Below are positions 49,542 through 60,105 of a stretch of 64,000 nucleotides of DNA, piece after piece. Under the pieces are notes generated by a model, which saw only the letters and a list, made by a program, of their open reading frames with translations, searched no databases and had not been told where the DNA came from. Every line of letters starts with the position of its first letter. The stretch's first letter is position 1. A program made the position numbers and the translations under genes. This DNA comes from a virus (Duplodnaviria; Caudoviricetes), in the IMG/VR virus record IMGVR_UViG_3300041964_000029, positions 1,850 through 65,849 of that record, one strand, 5' to 3'.

Positions 49542-50771
49542 ATGGCAACACGTAAACGGATCACGGACGAATCAGCTATTGAAACACCTGTGATCAATGA
49601 GTCTAAAGACTCTTTAACTGATCAACAAATTGACTCTAATCTTATGGGTGAAGAGGTGCCAGAAGAAGTACAGCAAGCGATTGTAGAATCAGTAGAAGAT
49701 AGCGTTGCAACATCACAAGCAAAACCATCCGGTGATCGTCAGCCTATCTTTTTTAATAATTTGTTTACACGGATTCAGTCAGTTGATTATGTTTACGATT
49801 ATCCAAAAGTAATGATCGGACGTGATGGAAAATCAACAAAAGCATTCGTGTATACCCATTACATGAAAGAGCAGCAAGCTGATGTATTTGTTGAATTTAT
49901 CCATCTACTCGGTGTTCGACCTTCTAACGCTGGTCTATGCATCTACGATGAGGATCAGAAGTATGTATTCTACTCATCCCCTATGTTGGGACGGTTTAAT
50001 GGTGTAACTGGTGTAATGATTGGGGCACAGGGTACAGCAGCAGATGGAACAAAAGAAACAAGCTGTTTTGTACCATTAGAACGCAAAAATGATCAGTATT
50101 ATCTGAACGGTGTTAAGTGTTCATTGCTGATTATTCGCAACCAAGAGTTACAGACAGCCGTACCATACTTGATTGTAAAATCACCAAATTACATTTTTCA
50201 TATCGGTATTAAATACGATGTGAAAAATATCACGGCTGAACGAATTGATTCTGCTTTTGATGATGGAAACTTAGATCTATATGTTTCACCATTTTTTGGT
50301 CTGGTGATTCCATATAACAAGATGTTTCAGACATTGTTTAAGCAGAATAAATTCCCTAAAGAGGGTGTTTTAATGCTGTTAGAAGGTGGCACTATACAAC
50401 GTGGTGATTTTGTCTCATCACGTTGGAAAATTGCCATGATCAGCCCTTCTCACGCATTGCTACAGGTGCAAAATAAAGATGGTGAATTGTTCCCATTAGA
50501 AGAGGTGGAAGGCTTATATATTCCCTCTAGTGGGCAACCAACTAAAATGTTGGAGGATAGCGATACAGGCACAATAGATCGGATCTGGCTGCTTACAACT
50601 GGAACACATAAGGCTAATCGTCCTAATCATGATTGGATTCCAAATCACGTTGCAGTTAAAAACGTAGCTAGATTTGATGCAAATGTTCAAGCTGTTTTTG
50701 CACCTATGATCCGTGAATTTCTAGCCTTACCTCCGGTTGCTGACTCAACTGCTAATCGTGATGATTTCTAG
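49542..50771 (+). CDS. hypothetical protein in the replication module
   Basis: 409 aa, own extended -10 promoter, followed by a 32-bp palindrome near 50783. Confidence 0.75.
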   Translation: MATRKRITDESAIETPVINESKDSLTDQQIDSNLMGEEVPEEVQQAIVESVEDSVATSQAKPSGDRQPIFFNNLFTRIQSVDYVYDYPKVMIGRDGKSTKAFVYTHYMKEQQADVFVEFIHLLGVRPSNAGLCIYDEDQKYVFYSSPMLGRFNGVTGVMIGAQGTAADGTKETSCFVPLERKNDQYYLNGVKCSLLIIRNQELQTAVPYLIVKSPNYIFHIGIKYDVKNITAERIDSAFDDGNLDLYVSPFFGLVIPYNKMFQTLFKQNKFPKEGVLMLLEGGTIQRGDFVSSRWKIAMISPSHALLQVQNKDGELFPLEEVEGLYIPSSGQPTKMLEDSDTGTIDRIWLLTTGTHKANRPNHDWIPNHVAVKNVARFDANVQAVFAPMIREFLALPPVADSTANRDDF

Positions 50772-50847
50772 AGGCTGATTGCTAAGTATCAGCAGCTAAT
50801 TAGCTGCTGATACTTCTACCACGTTAAAGACTCTTTAATCAATTACC

Positions 50848-51168
50848 ATGAAGTACATCACACCAGAATATTTAAGAACTTCCACAGATTTTATCATTGC
50901 TGTTTTTGATGCTCATTCAAAACCTGTAATTAAGTTTGAATCGCTTGAAAATGAAAACTTTTCAATAGACACAATCAAAATTAGAATTAATTATAAAAAT
51001 GGAATTTTCAAATTTGAATTTATCCATTCGATTAATGTTCATGTTGCAGCCAAATTTATTAATGAAAATGGTCTACATCAGTGGTTAATGCATGAAATGT
51101 TAAAGATTTCTGAGGAAGTCTATGATAAAGAAGTTAAAATGCTTAGAAATGTAGCTGAGAATTTATAA
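50848..51168 (+). CDS. hypothetical protein
   Basis: 106-aa ORF. Confidence 0.6.
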   Translation: MKYITPEYLRTSTDFIIAVFDAHSKPVIKFESLENENFSIDTIKIRINYKNGIFKFEFIHSINVHVAAKFINENGLHQWLMHEMLKISEEVYDKEVKMLRNVAENL

Positions 51169-51170
51169 TT

Positions 51171-52574
51171 ATGATTCATCCATTAAGAGAATACCAGCAA
51201 GATCAATTAAACTTTATTACCAGGAATCATAATGAAAATGTCTGTATTCAATCACCAACAGGTACAGGCAAGTCTAATGTTATCACTCACAGTACATTAA
51301 GACATATTGAAAATAATGATCGAGTGCTAATTATTGCACCTAAGCAAGAGCTATGTACAAACATAGCTAAAAATTTAAGCGATGTTGCTACGGTTGCTTA
51401 TAGCGGTGTTTATCCAATATTGAATAAACCTGTTTTAGTTTCAACACCAGTAACAGCAAAAAAATATATTGAAACTTTTAAGCCTACACGTTTAATTATT
51501 GATGAATGTCATCATTCAGCAGCTAACAATCTGGATGATCTAATTTCTAATTTGAAGATACCAACAGAAGGGTACACGGCAACACCAAATAGATTAGATG
51601 GTAGAGGCTTATACAAGTATTATAAAAAGCTTTATCAATCGCCTAGTATTGAATGGTTTATTAAAAACGGGTATCTTTCACCCTTCAAATTGATAGCGTC
51701 AAAAGCACCTCTATTTAATTCTTCATCTGGTGACAGCTTACAGGCTCAAGAAAGTGTCTTTTTGCCACAAGTGAAGGATTCTATCAAAGCTTGGCTAGAT
51801 ACTGCTAGAGGCTTAAAAACGCTGGTATTCTGCCCTACTATTTTTCATGCAGAAATTACGGCAAAAGAATTTCAAAACGCTGGTATTCGGTGCGCTGTTA
51901 TCCATTCTAAAAACTCTCAGCACCGGATCGATGTTTTAGATCAGTTTAGAAATGGGTTGATCGACGTTCTAATAAATGTTGAATTTTTTACCGAGGGTGT
52001 AGATCTTCCAGATTTACAATGTCTTTTGTTATTGCGTTTTAGCTTCTCCACAGCTTTGTATCTACAGATGGTTGGTAGAGTCTTAAGATACCATGCGGGA
52101 AAAGTTGCACTGATTCTAGATTTTGCTAATAACTCTTATTATCATGGTGCTGTTGATGCACCTTTTGATTGGTCGCTAGATGGTGAAAGAGTAAGATTAA
52201 ATTCAAACCATCAACAGCTACATAATCATTGTGTAGAATGCGATGCGTTATTAATTCATAAGAAATTTCTGATAGCAGCCGTTAAAGTTTGTTGTATCAA
52301 ATGTCATGCAGAAAACTATTTAACATTACCTAATGATGGAAACGGCAAAAAATCAAAGCTATCAAATGTTTTTAACATTGAAGAATTACATCACTTAGAG
52401 GATACAACCATTACACAACTAACACGGATTATTTTTGCAAGCGATCGCAAATACGACAGCAAACAAAAAAAGATAGCTGGTATCTGTGCAGTTAATATTG
52501 ATAGTAATTTGAAACGAAAAGCGCTTAAAGTTGTGGGTATGACAGATAAAGAAATTAGTATTTACTTCGATTAA
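51171..52574 (+). CDS. SF2 DEAD/DEAH-box helicase
   Basis: LREYQ, PTGTGKS, IIDECHH, TATP.RLDG, EGVDLP, QMVGRVLR, C-terminal CxxC pairs. Confidence 0.93.
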   Translation: MIHPLREYQQDQLNFITRNHNENVCIQSPTGTGKSNVITHSTLRHIENNDRVLIIAPKQELCTNIAKNLSDVATVAYSGVYPILNKPVLVSTPVTAKKYIETFKPTRLIIDECHHSAANNLDDLISNLKIPTEGYTATPNRLDGRGLYKYYKKLYQSPSIEWFIKNGYLSPFKLIASKAPLFNSSSGDSLQAQESVFLPQVKDSIKAWLDTARGLKTLVFCPTIFHAEITAKEFQNAGIRCAVIHSKNSQHRIDVLDQFRNGLIDVLINVEFFTEGVDLPDLQCLLLLRFSFSTALYLQMVGRVLRYHAGKVALILDFANNSYYHGAVDAPFDWSLDGERVRLNSNHQQLHNHCVECDALLIHKKFLIAAVKVCCIKCHAENYLTLPNDGNGKKSKLSNVFNIEELHHLEDTTITQLTRIIFASDRKYDSKQKKIAGICAVNIDSNLKRKALKVVGMTDKEISIYFD

Positions 52575-52623
52575 ATATACACGTTTTAACGTGATATAAT
52601 GATGGAAAGATGGAGAAAAAGAA

Positions 52624-52962
52624 ATGATTTTAAGTGAATTTATTCAACAGCAGCAAGACAATTTGCAGAAATATTCGGATGAGGTGCAACAGTTAGTAAA
52701 ACAAGATCCGGCAAATTTTAGCAATTTAGATCTTGATTATTTTGATTGGTTTGAGAATTATTTAGTGTGGTTATCAGAAAAATCTAAAGAGTCTTTAAGA
52801 AAAGAAAAGAGCAAATCAACAATGGCAGAAAAAGTTGATAAAATATACAAGGCTACACTAGATCCGGTATTACGAGAAATCGGAATGAAAAGCTTAGAAA
52901 ATGGTGGAGATATAGACATAATTTTAATGTCTATTGCCATCACTGAAACATTTACAAATTAA
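52624..52962 (+). CDS. hypothetical protein
   Basis: GGAG RBS, own promoter. Confidence 0.65.
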   Translation: MILSEFIQQQQDNLQKYSDEVQQLVKQDPANFSNLDLDYFDWFENYLVWLSEKSKESLRKEKSKSTMAEKVDKIYKATLDPVLREIGMKSLENGGDIDIILMSIAITETFTN

Positions 52963-52975
52963 AGAGGAAAAATCA

Positions 52976-53332
52976 ATGCTCATCCATTTAGTTAAAACTA
53001 CAGAAGAATTTTTTAATGGTGTTTGGGAATATAATAAAACATCAGAAATTAGAAAAAATGATCGTAATTATCAAGTTGGGAACATCCTACTACAACAGGA
53101 ATACAATACAGCAGAAAGAGCATTAACAGGTAGATTTGTACTGAGCCATATTACATATGTATTAACGGCTGAACAATATTCAGAGGGACTAAAAGAAGGT
53201 TATTGTATGTTGTCTCTAAATACATTCTTAAAATATCAATCAGTACGTCCGTTAAAAATTCATCTGATACAGAATTACGGCTGCTTAGTGCAGGTAGATG
53301 AAAACAAATACATAGATATACAAGAGTTATAA
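52976..53332 (+). CDS. ASCH/DUF3850-family protein
   Basis: KT.EIRKNDRNYQVG..L...EY.....TGR.....ITY motif. Confidence 0.8.
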   Translation: MLIHLVKTTEEFFNGVWEYNKTSEIRKNDRNYQVGNILLQQEYNTAERALTGRFVLSHITYVLTAEQYSEGLKEGYCMLSLNTFLKYQSVRPLKIHLIQNYGCLVQVDENKYIDIQEL

Positions 53333-53381
53333 TTAAAGAGTCTTTAACGTTTCCATCTTCTACACTTTACCAGGAATCACA

Positions 53382-55265
53382 ATGGTTACAGATTTCAGAT
53401 CATTAGCAAAGATTGAGAAGGGTAGAGTCTACATTGATCATACAAAATTAGATATTTTTGATTATGTAGATGAAGATTATTCAGGATGGAAACCAACCAA
53501 TCAATCGTTTCCACCTTATGAGGATCTGATCATAGGAGAATTAGATATTGAAACCACTGGACTAGATCCTAATACCTGTCAGATTACTATGATCGGTATA
53601 TGGATTCATGGTAAAGGCATAGATGAGATAATTACTATTATGCCAAATGTTAATAATGATGATAGTGTAAATGATAACTATGAAACACATTTAGTTAATC
53701 TACTTGCAGAAACTTGCACTAGATACGAAATAGATATATTAACTGCTTACAATGGTTATAATTTTGATTTCAAATTTATTTATCGTAGATGCCAGTTATT
53801 AGACATTTCAACAAACTTTTATATTGATGATTTTTATACTATATTAAGAAATACAAGTATAAATGGTCAACCATTAGAATTTTATCAACCTAAGCATAAA
53901 AAAATGCAGTTGATAGACACTTATTGCTTAGTAGTTCAGGATGATTATGTTACTCGAAAACTCAACAGCTACAGCCTAAAAAATGTACCTGTAGAATGGG
54001 GCATGAGAAAACCATCTGAACGTAAAACATTAACGAATGATGAAATACAAAAATGTTGGATCACTAGAGATTTTGATACTTTAGAAGATTATCTGATTGA
54101 TGACTTAAAAGATCTAAAGTCATTAACTGATCGGCTATTACCTAATTATTATTATCAACGTGAGCTAATGCCTAAGCTCACGTTGCAGAATTTAACTAAT
54201 TGGGGTAACGGTACAAAATGGAATTATATCTTACGTGAGTACTACGGCAAAAATAAGGCTGTAGCAGATGATAAGCTAAGTTTTGATGGTGGATATACAA
54301 ATGGATATGCAGGACTCTTTAAGGACGTATCAAAGGGTGATGTAACATCACTTTACCCTTATATCATGCTGACTTACGGCATCTGTTCTTATAAAGATGC
54401 TGAAAAGATTTTATTAAAGATTCTTTATTACTTACGTGATGGTAGAATCACACAAAAAGCATTAGGTGAATTAGGTGATCTAATTGCAAAAGGCAAAGAT
54501 GGTTATATGAAGGTGATGATCAATAGTGGGTATGGTGGTTTAGGTACTCAGAATAAAGAGTATAACGATTATATCGCAGCAGCCGCTATTCCTGCTTATG
54601 GAAGACAAATAGCACAATATTTAGAGAGAATTATTGCTGAATTAGGTGGAAAGATAATAGAAACGGATACAGATGGGATTATTTATACAACTGGATCTAA
54701 AGATGGGAATAAAGCCTTACATGATTCTTTAAAAGCCTATCTACCTAAAGATATGGAATTTAAGTACGAATGGGCAAAAAAAGCGATATGGATTCCTGAA
54801 GCTTCAAAGAATAGTGAAGAGGGACAAAAAAAGAATTACATCATGTTCAACTATGATGGAACATGGAAGGCTAAAGGTAAATTTGTAAAACGTGATAGAA
54901 GTTTTTTAGAAAGAAATCTGCAAGGTGAATTAATTAATTTATGGTTAGATTCTCCAACAGCCGCTAAGAAATATCTCAAAGATATTAGAAGACAAATATC
55001 ATTAGGATTATATCCGGTTGAGAAATTACAAATTACCAGATTGGTAAAAAAGAGCGAAGTAAAAATGCCCTTATATGGTTTTTGCTGTGGAGAAAAACAC
55101 ACATTTTGGATGTATCAAAACGGTCTTAAAGGTGTTCGTCCACCTAAGCCTAACTATCTGCCAACTAATAAAGAAAAATATTCATGTATGTATTATTTAG
55201 AATTAGTTGATAAGTTATTAGAAGTGTTGCCATCGCAAGTTAAAGAGTCTTTAGGAGTTATCTAA
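53382..55265 (+). CDS. polB: family B DNA polymerase
   Basis: Exo DIETTG, YNGYNFD; pol DVTSLYP, K...NSGYG, DTDG, KKNY. Confidence 0.93.
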   Translation: MVTDFRSLAKIEKGRVYIDHTKLDIFDYVDEDYSGWKPTNQSFPPYEDLIIGELDIETTGLDPNTCQITMIGIWIHGKGIDEIITIMPNVNNDDSVNDNYETHLVNLLAETCTRYEIDILTAYNGYNFDFKFIYRRCQLLDISTNFYIDDFYTILRNTSINGQPLEFYQPKHKKMQLIDTYCLVVQDDYVTRKLNSYSLKNVPVEWGMRKPSERKTLTNDEIQKCWITRDFDTLEDYLIDDLKDLKSLTDRLLPNYYYQRELMPKLTLQNLTNWGNGTKWNYILREYYGKNKAVADDKLSFDGGYTNGYAGLFKDVSKGDVTSLYPYIMLTYGICSYKDAEKILLKILYYLRDGRITQKALGELGDLIAKGKDGYMKVMINSGYGGLGTQNKEYNDYIAAAAIPAYGRQIAQYLERIIAELGGKIIETDTDGIIYTTGSKDGNKALHDSLKAYLPKDMEFKYEWAKKAIWIPEASKNSEEGQKKNYIMFNYDGTWKAKGKFVKRDRSFLERNLQGELINLWLDSPTAAKKYLKDIRRQISLGLYPVEKLQITRLVKKSEVKMPLYGFCCGEKHTFWMYQNGLKGVRPPKPNYLPTNKEKYSCMYYLELVDKLLEVLPSQVKESLGVI

Positions 55266-55266
55266 A

Positions 55267-55449
55267 ATGTTAAAAACGGTTCAATATCTTGAAATGATTG
55301 TAATTATGGAAAACAATCATCCTATTGGTTACATGAAAGAGGGATCGACTATAGCAGATGTTGAAAAGTTAATTAAAAGATTGGAAAAGAATGTTTTATT
55401 AAAAGGTTCAATTCAATATTGGTATAAAAGCGTACCTATCATTAATTAA
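55267..55449 (+). CDS. hypothetical protein
   Basis: AGGAG RBS; its leader is duplicated in front of the next gene. Confidence 0.55.
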   Translation: MLKTVQYLEMIVIMENNHPIGYMKEGSTIADVEKLIKRLEKNVLLKGSIQYWYKSVPIIN

Positions 55450-55472
55450 AGAGTCTTTAGGAGTTATCTAAA

Positions 55473-56366
55473 ATGCTGTTACACGGTGATTGCTTGCAAC
55501 TATTGAAGGATATTGAAGATCATTCAATTGACATGATTCTGGCTGATCTTCCATACGATACAACCGCTTGTGAATGGGATTATATGATTCCATTTAGTCT
55601 ATTGTGGCAACAGTATAAACGGGTTGCTAAGGTTAATGCACCTATAGTATTAACAGCTTCTCAACCTTTTACTACAAAATTAATTGCTAGCAATATTGAA
55701 AACTTCAAACATAGTTGGATATGGAATAAAAAAGCAACTGGCAATATTTTTTTAGCAGAATCGCAACCATTAAAAATACATGAAGATATTTGTGTTTTTG
55801 CTTATGGAAAATGTAACTACTATCCGATTAAAGAACCTAGAACTGATAACAAAAAGCGTTCTAAATGTTATGGGAATGGCATGGCATCCACTAATAAATA
55901 TGTGCCAAATAAAAATGCCGATGTTGTTTATGAATATGAAGATAGATACCCTACAACTATTTTACAGTTTAGTAATGCTGTTAAAAGGAATTTAATACAT
56001 CCTACACAAAAACCCGTTGAACTGTTTGAGTATTTAATTAACACCTATTCAAAAAAGAATGATTTAGTTTTAGATAATGTTATAGGTAGCGGTACAACGG
56101 CTATTGCAGCCATTAACACCGGACGACGATGGATTGGTATTGAGAAGGATTTGATCATGTATGGTAAGGCTTTTAACCGCATATACAGACACTTAAAAGA
56201 CAATAAAGAAATGATTGAAAAACTTAACTATACGCCAACTGTTCAATTTGCAGAAGCTAAAAGAAGACATAAGATGTTAATGAGATATAAACAAATGCAT
56301 GAAGCTGGTGAAACAATACCGGATAGAGTTTTAAGCCTATTAAAAACTGATAGATTGATCACTTAA
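55473..56366 (+). CDS. beta-class N6/N4 DNA methyltransferase
   Basis: GDCL, DLPY, HPTQKP, VLD...GSGTT in catalytic-first order. Confidence 0.92.
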   Translation: MLLHGDCLQLLKDIEDHSIDMILADLPYDTTACEWDYMIPFSLLWQQYKRVAKVNAPIVLTASQPFTTKLIASNIENFKHSWIWNKKATGNIFLAESQPLKIHEDICVFAYGKCNYYPIKEPRTDNKKRSKCYGNGMASTNKYVPNKNADVVYEYEDRYPTTILQFSNAVKRNLIHPTQKPVELFEYLINTYSKKNDLVLDNVIGSGTTAIAAINTGRRWIGIEKDLIMYGKAFNRIYRHLKDNKEMIEKLNYTPTVQFAEAKRRHKMLMRYKQMHEAGETIPDRVLSLLKTDRLIT

Positions 56367-56422
56367 AGACTCTTTAACAGTCTATCAAGCAAACTTTCAA
56401 ACACACAAATTTAACAGGAATC

Positions 56423-56707
56423 ATGAGCAAAAATTACATCGTACCAGCTTCAAAAAATCAAATTTCTGATGATCAAATTGTTTCTAAAAAGAAGGGTTAC
56501 ATAGTTAAAAAGTATTTGAAAGATGATCAAATAACTATGTATTTGAATTTTATTTTAAGTGAATTTCAATATGTTTTAGATGATGATTGTGTTCATGATT
56601 CAGAGCGCGAAGCTAATAAACACAGGTTAGATCACAGACCATTAGAGACAATTGAATATAGTTTAACTATTGAATTTTTTGATGGTTCAATAATGGCAAT
56701 AAACTAA
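56423..56707 (+). CDS. hypothetical protein
   Basis: 94-aa ORF followed by a hairpin at 56713-56756. Confidence 0.55.
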   Translation: MSKNYIVPASKNQISDDQIVSKKKGYIVKKYLKDDQITMYLNFILSEFQYVLDDDCVHDSEREANKHRLDHRPLETIEYSLTIEFFDGSIMAIN

Positions 56708-56758
56708 AAACAAAAAGCCTTAGTACAATGGTAAAATAAAGTATTAAGGCTTTTTTGT

Positions 56759-58792
56759 ATGGCTCTTTTAGATCTATCAGTTAAAAATTTTACGCTACAT
56801 ATCGGTGATTTTGAGATCACCGATTTTTTAACTGCTTTCACTATTTCACATCCCAATAGTGAAATTAATCAACAGCTTTTTTGGTCTGGGACTTTTGAAT
56901 TGGCTGTAACTGATAAAGTTTTTAGACAATCTTCAATCTTATCAGAAAGTGATTTTTCTGAAGTTGCTTCACCTTTACGTTGGCGTAGGGGATTGCAAAC
57001 AGTGACATTAACAATTGATGGGTATTTGTTTCCACCTCTGTTAATTGCTGATTATGTTTACGAAAATAGAATTGCTAAAGGCTCTTTAACACAATTAAAT
57101 GATTTATTGTCATTTAGCAGACAGGGTAAAGAAATAGAGGGAACTGCATTCACATTAGGACAACCGATCGCAGATGTAATTAATTCTTTATTTTTAGAAG
57201 CTGGTAAAGTTACAACGGTTGCACACGGTACAGTAGTAGTGGCTGATCAGTCTAAAATTTCGCCTCTACCAGCTTTAACAGGTGTTTTAACTACAAAGCT
57301 AACAACTGATAATCCTATCGCTTTAGCGCAAAATTTGGCAGTAACCAATTGGCATTGGGTATCAATAGCATTAGATGGAAAATTAACGCTGGTAGAACGT
57401 CCTGAATATGGTACACCTATTCTGAGAAGGGCATTCAGTGAAATTAACATAAAACCATTAACTGATAATATCCATTTTGCTGCTGATCAAGTTGTTGTAA
57501 CTGGTAGTAGGGAAGAGGCTAAAAAAGCGGAAGATGCTCCTCCGGTAATAGAGGAAAATGATGATTTTAATGAAGATGGAAAACCGAGAAAAGTTAGAAC
57601 AGAAACTATAGAAACTATTGGATCTGTTTTTGCTGATCTTAAACCTGGTGATGAAACACCATATACTACAGGTGTTAAAACTGTTTTTTATAGATATGCA
57701 GGACGATCAAATGATTCTGCATTTAACCCTAACTTATATGTAAATTTATCAGGTGAAGCAAATTATGAATGCAACCAATATCCAAGTGTGAATAGTGCAG
57801 GTATTGGTGATGTTATTCAAACTATTACAGTAGATGAAATCATAGTTGGTAAATTATTCAAGGATGATTTACCTGAACCAAATGAAGTTCCACCTTTACC
57901 AACAACAGGTAAATTGACTAAAGTTACACACGGTACAATATCACCAGCAGCCGTAAATATTCCGACTAGATTATTGGGTTTTATTATTGGTAATATTAGT
58001 ATAGAAACACCAACAAAAAAAGTTTCGTTTGTTCCATACGGATCAAAATTTTCTGATGTTGATGTTGATTTGAATCGTAAAATTCAATTAACACTAGAAA
58101 GATCTGAAACATTAAGATCTTCAAATAATACTACCTCTGTTATCGAATCTATTAAAGACCCTTTAACAGGTAAAGCATTAAAGCTTGAAGATAGAGTTAA
58201 AGCAGAAGATCAACAGAAAGCACCATTAATTGATTATGAAACAGTACCAATTAGAGGACAATATGACTTAGTACCAAATGGGTACAATACATTTTTGCCG
58301 CAAACTTATACAGAAGACTTTGGCTTTTTACCGGATGATTCCCTTGCATATCCATTAGCTAGAAAGATCGCTATTCGTGAGTTTGCCAGAAGAGATGCAA
58401 AACAATTTTTTATGGAGATGCCTAGAGAATGGGCTACTTTAGGTTTTCCATTTTTTCCCATCTTTGATCTACATGATGGTAGAAGACTTGTAGAAAATCC
58501 CATTATTACCATGTCTAAAAGACAGATGGTTTTTAGCTTCACAGGTGAGAAGTTAGGTGATATAGAATCTGTGATAGAAGCTGATCCGATTATGCCTTAT
58601 ATGCCTGTAGAAGGGCTGAACATCTATATAACGAACAATCTATCGTTAGCGACTGGATCACCTGTTACAAGCCAAATTTTGGCTATTGGTGGTAATCCTC
58701 CATATAGCTTTAGTGCTGATTCCTTGCCAGATGGCTTGAGTATTTCACCAGATGGATTAATTACAGGTGTTCCATCTGTTGCTATCGCTTAA
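56759..58792 (+). CDS. tail hub/baseplate-like structural protein ending in a partial putative-Ig domain
   Basis: C-terminal GGNPPYSF....LPDGLSIS..GLITGVP (He_PIG-like). Confidence 0.6.
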   Translation: MALLDLSVKNFTLHIGDFEITDFLTAFTISHPNSEINQQLFWSGTFELAVTDKVFRQSSILSESDFSEVASPLRWRRGLQTVTLTIDGYLFPPLLIADYVYENRIAKGSLTQLNDLLSFSRQGKEIEGTAFTLGQPIADVINSLFLEAGKVTTVAHGTVVVADQSKISPLPALTGVLTTKLTTDNPIALAQNLAVTNWHWVSIALDGKLTLVERPEYGTPILRRAFSEINIKPLTDNIHFAADQVVVTGSREEAKKAEDAPPVIEENDDFNEDGKPRKVRTETIETIGSVFADLKPGDETPYTTGVKTVFYRYAGRSNDSAFNPNLYVNLSGEANYECNQYPSVNSAGIGDVIQTITVDEIIVGKLFKDDLPEPNEVPPLPTTGKLTKVTHGTISPAAVNIPTRLLGFIIGNISIETPTKKVSFVPYGSKFSDVDVDLNRKIQLTLERSETLRSSNNTTSVIESIKDPLTGKALKLEDRVKAEDQQKAPLIDYETVPIRGQYDLVPNGYNTFLPQTYTEDFGFLPDDSLAYPLARKIAIREFARRDAKQFFMEMPREWATLGFPFFPIFDLHDGRRLVENPIITMSKRQMVFSFTGEKLGDIESVIEADPIMPYMPVEGLNIYITNNLSLATGSPVTSQILAIGGNPPYSFSADSLPDGLSISPDGLITGVPSVAIA

Positions 58793-58804
58793 AGAGTCTT
58801 TAAG

Positions 58805-60103
58805 ATGTTTTATACAATCAGAGTAACGGACGCAGATGGAATTATCGCCACAGCAGCTTTATCCATCAAGGTGCAAGATAACACAGGAATCATACCTCTA
58901 ATTTCACCGATTGATAAGGTAGATGCTTTTCTATATGATCAGACATTTACTTATTCTGGAATAGCAGATTTTGACTTATTAGAACTTTCTGATCGTACTT
59001 CTAACTTAACTGTAGATGATTACAGAATTGATTCAACCGGATTAATTATTGATCGATCTATTAATTTAGCTGACTCATTCTTATTAGAATCTGATTTTAT
59101 GCCTTATACAACACTTACAAATAATACCAATTTGCAATTAGTTGCTAATCGTGGTTATGCCTTATCATTAGCAACTATTGAAACTGTAATTAATTTGTAT
59201 TTACCAAAAACAAATACTTTAATTAATGGTGACAGAATTGAATTTTATCCGTTCACTGGTAAAGCTGTAATTTTTCCACATTCAACAGAACAAACTTTTA
59301 TTTATCAGGGTAAAGAAGCAGAAACTATAAATTTAGACAATAATCAAATTGTTTATGGAATGGTTTACAGTGGTTTTATTCTTGGTTGGTTGCCTTTATT
59401 TGTTTATGATTTAGATGTAACATTTAAGTCTATTGCACTTCCATCTACATTAAATAATGGTGTTACTGCCGCTTATAGTTTTGAGACAATAACTAATGAT
59501 TTAATTGGTGATGTTGATTTTATAACAAATGGAACACCAGCTTATACAAATGGAATTATTGGATCTAGTTATTTGTTTGATGGTAGTTCTAATAATTTAA
59601 CGGTTATTAATTCTGAGCCTATTAGTGTAATCGGTGCAAATGGTAAATATAATACAGATTTTACAATTGCATTTTATACAAATGATACTACTACCGATGG
59701 TAGTACATTCCTTCAAAAATCAACCGGATCAGGTGAATCTATTAATATTGAATATCGTATTAAAGCAAGCTTTAACGATAGCATAGAATTTATTTTAACA
59801 GGTGGTGGAAGCTGTTCAGCTAATACTTTAGGATCAAGCAATGATGGTTTTTTTGTTTTAGTTAGTTTTAATGCAATAACTAAACAGCCTAGAATTTATG
59901 TTAAAAATCTTGAAACAGGTTTAATTAGAGATAATCAATCTGGTAATTCTGTGAGTAGTACAAATTACATCGTAAATCAAAATGCACCTTTAAGACTATC
60001 AGCAAATAATGGAAAATGGATCGATGGTTTGACATTTTGGAAACGTCTTTTAACAGAAGATGAAATTCTAGAATTAAGTGCTGGTAAACAATACCCCTAT
60101 TAA
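58805..60103 (+). CDS. LamG/concanavalin-A-like domain virion protein
   Basis: AAYSFE...D..G, GIIG.SY.FDG, FTIAF, IDGL..W.R.LT..EI..L. Confidence 0.7.
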   Translation: MFYTIRVTDADGIIATAALSIKVQDNTGIIPLISPIDKVDAFLYDQTFTYSGIADFDLLELSDRTSNLTVDDYRIDSTGLIIDRSINLADSFLLESDFMPYTTLTNNTNLQLVANRGYALSLATIETVINLYLPKTNTLINGDRIEFYPFTGKAVIFPHSTEQTFIYQGKEAETINLDNNQIVYGMVYSGFILGWLPLFVYDLDVTFKSIALPSTLNNGVTAAYSFETITNDLIGDVDFITNGTPAYTNGIIGSSYLFDGSSNNLTVINSEPISVIGANGKYNTDFTIAFYTNDTTTDGSTFLQKSTGSGESINIEYRIKASFNDSIEFILTGGGSCSANTLGSSNDGFFVLVSFNAITKQPRIYVKNLETGLIRDNQSGNSVSSTNYIVNQNAPLRLSANNGKWIDGLTFWKRLLTEDEILELSAGKQYPY

Positions 60104-60105
60104 AT

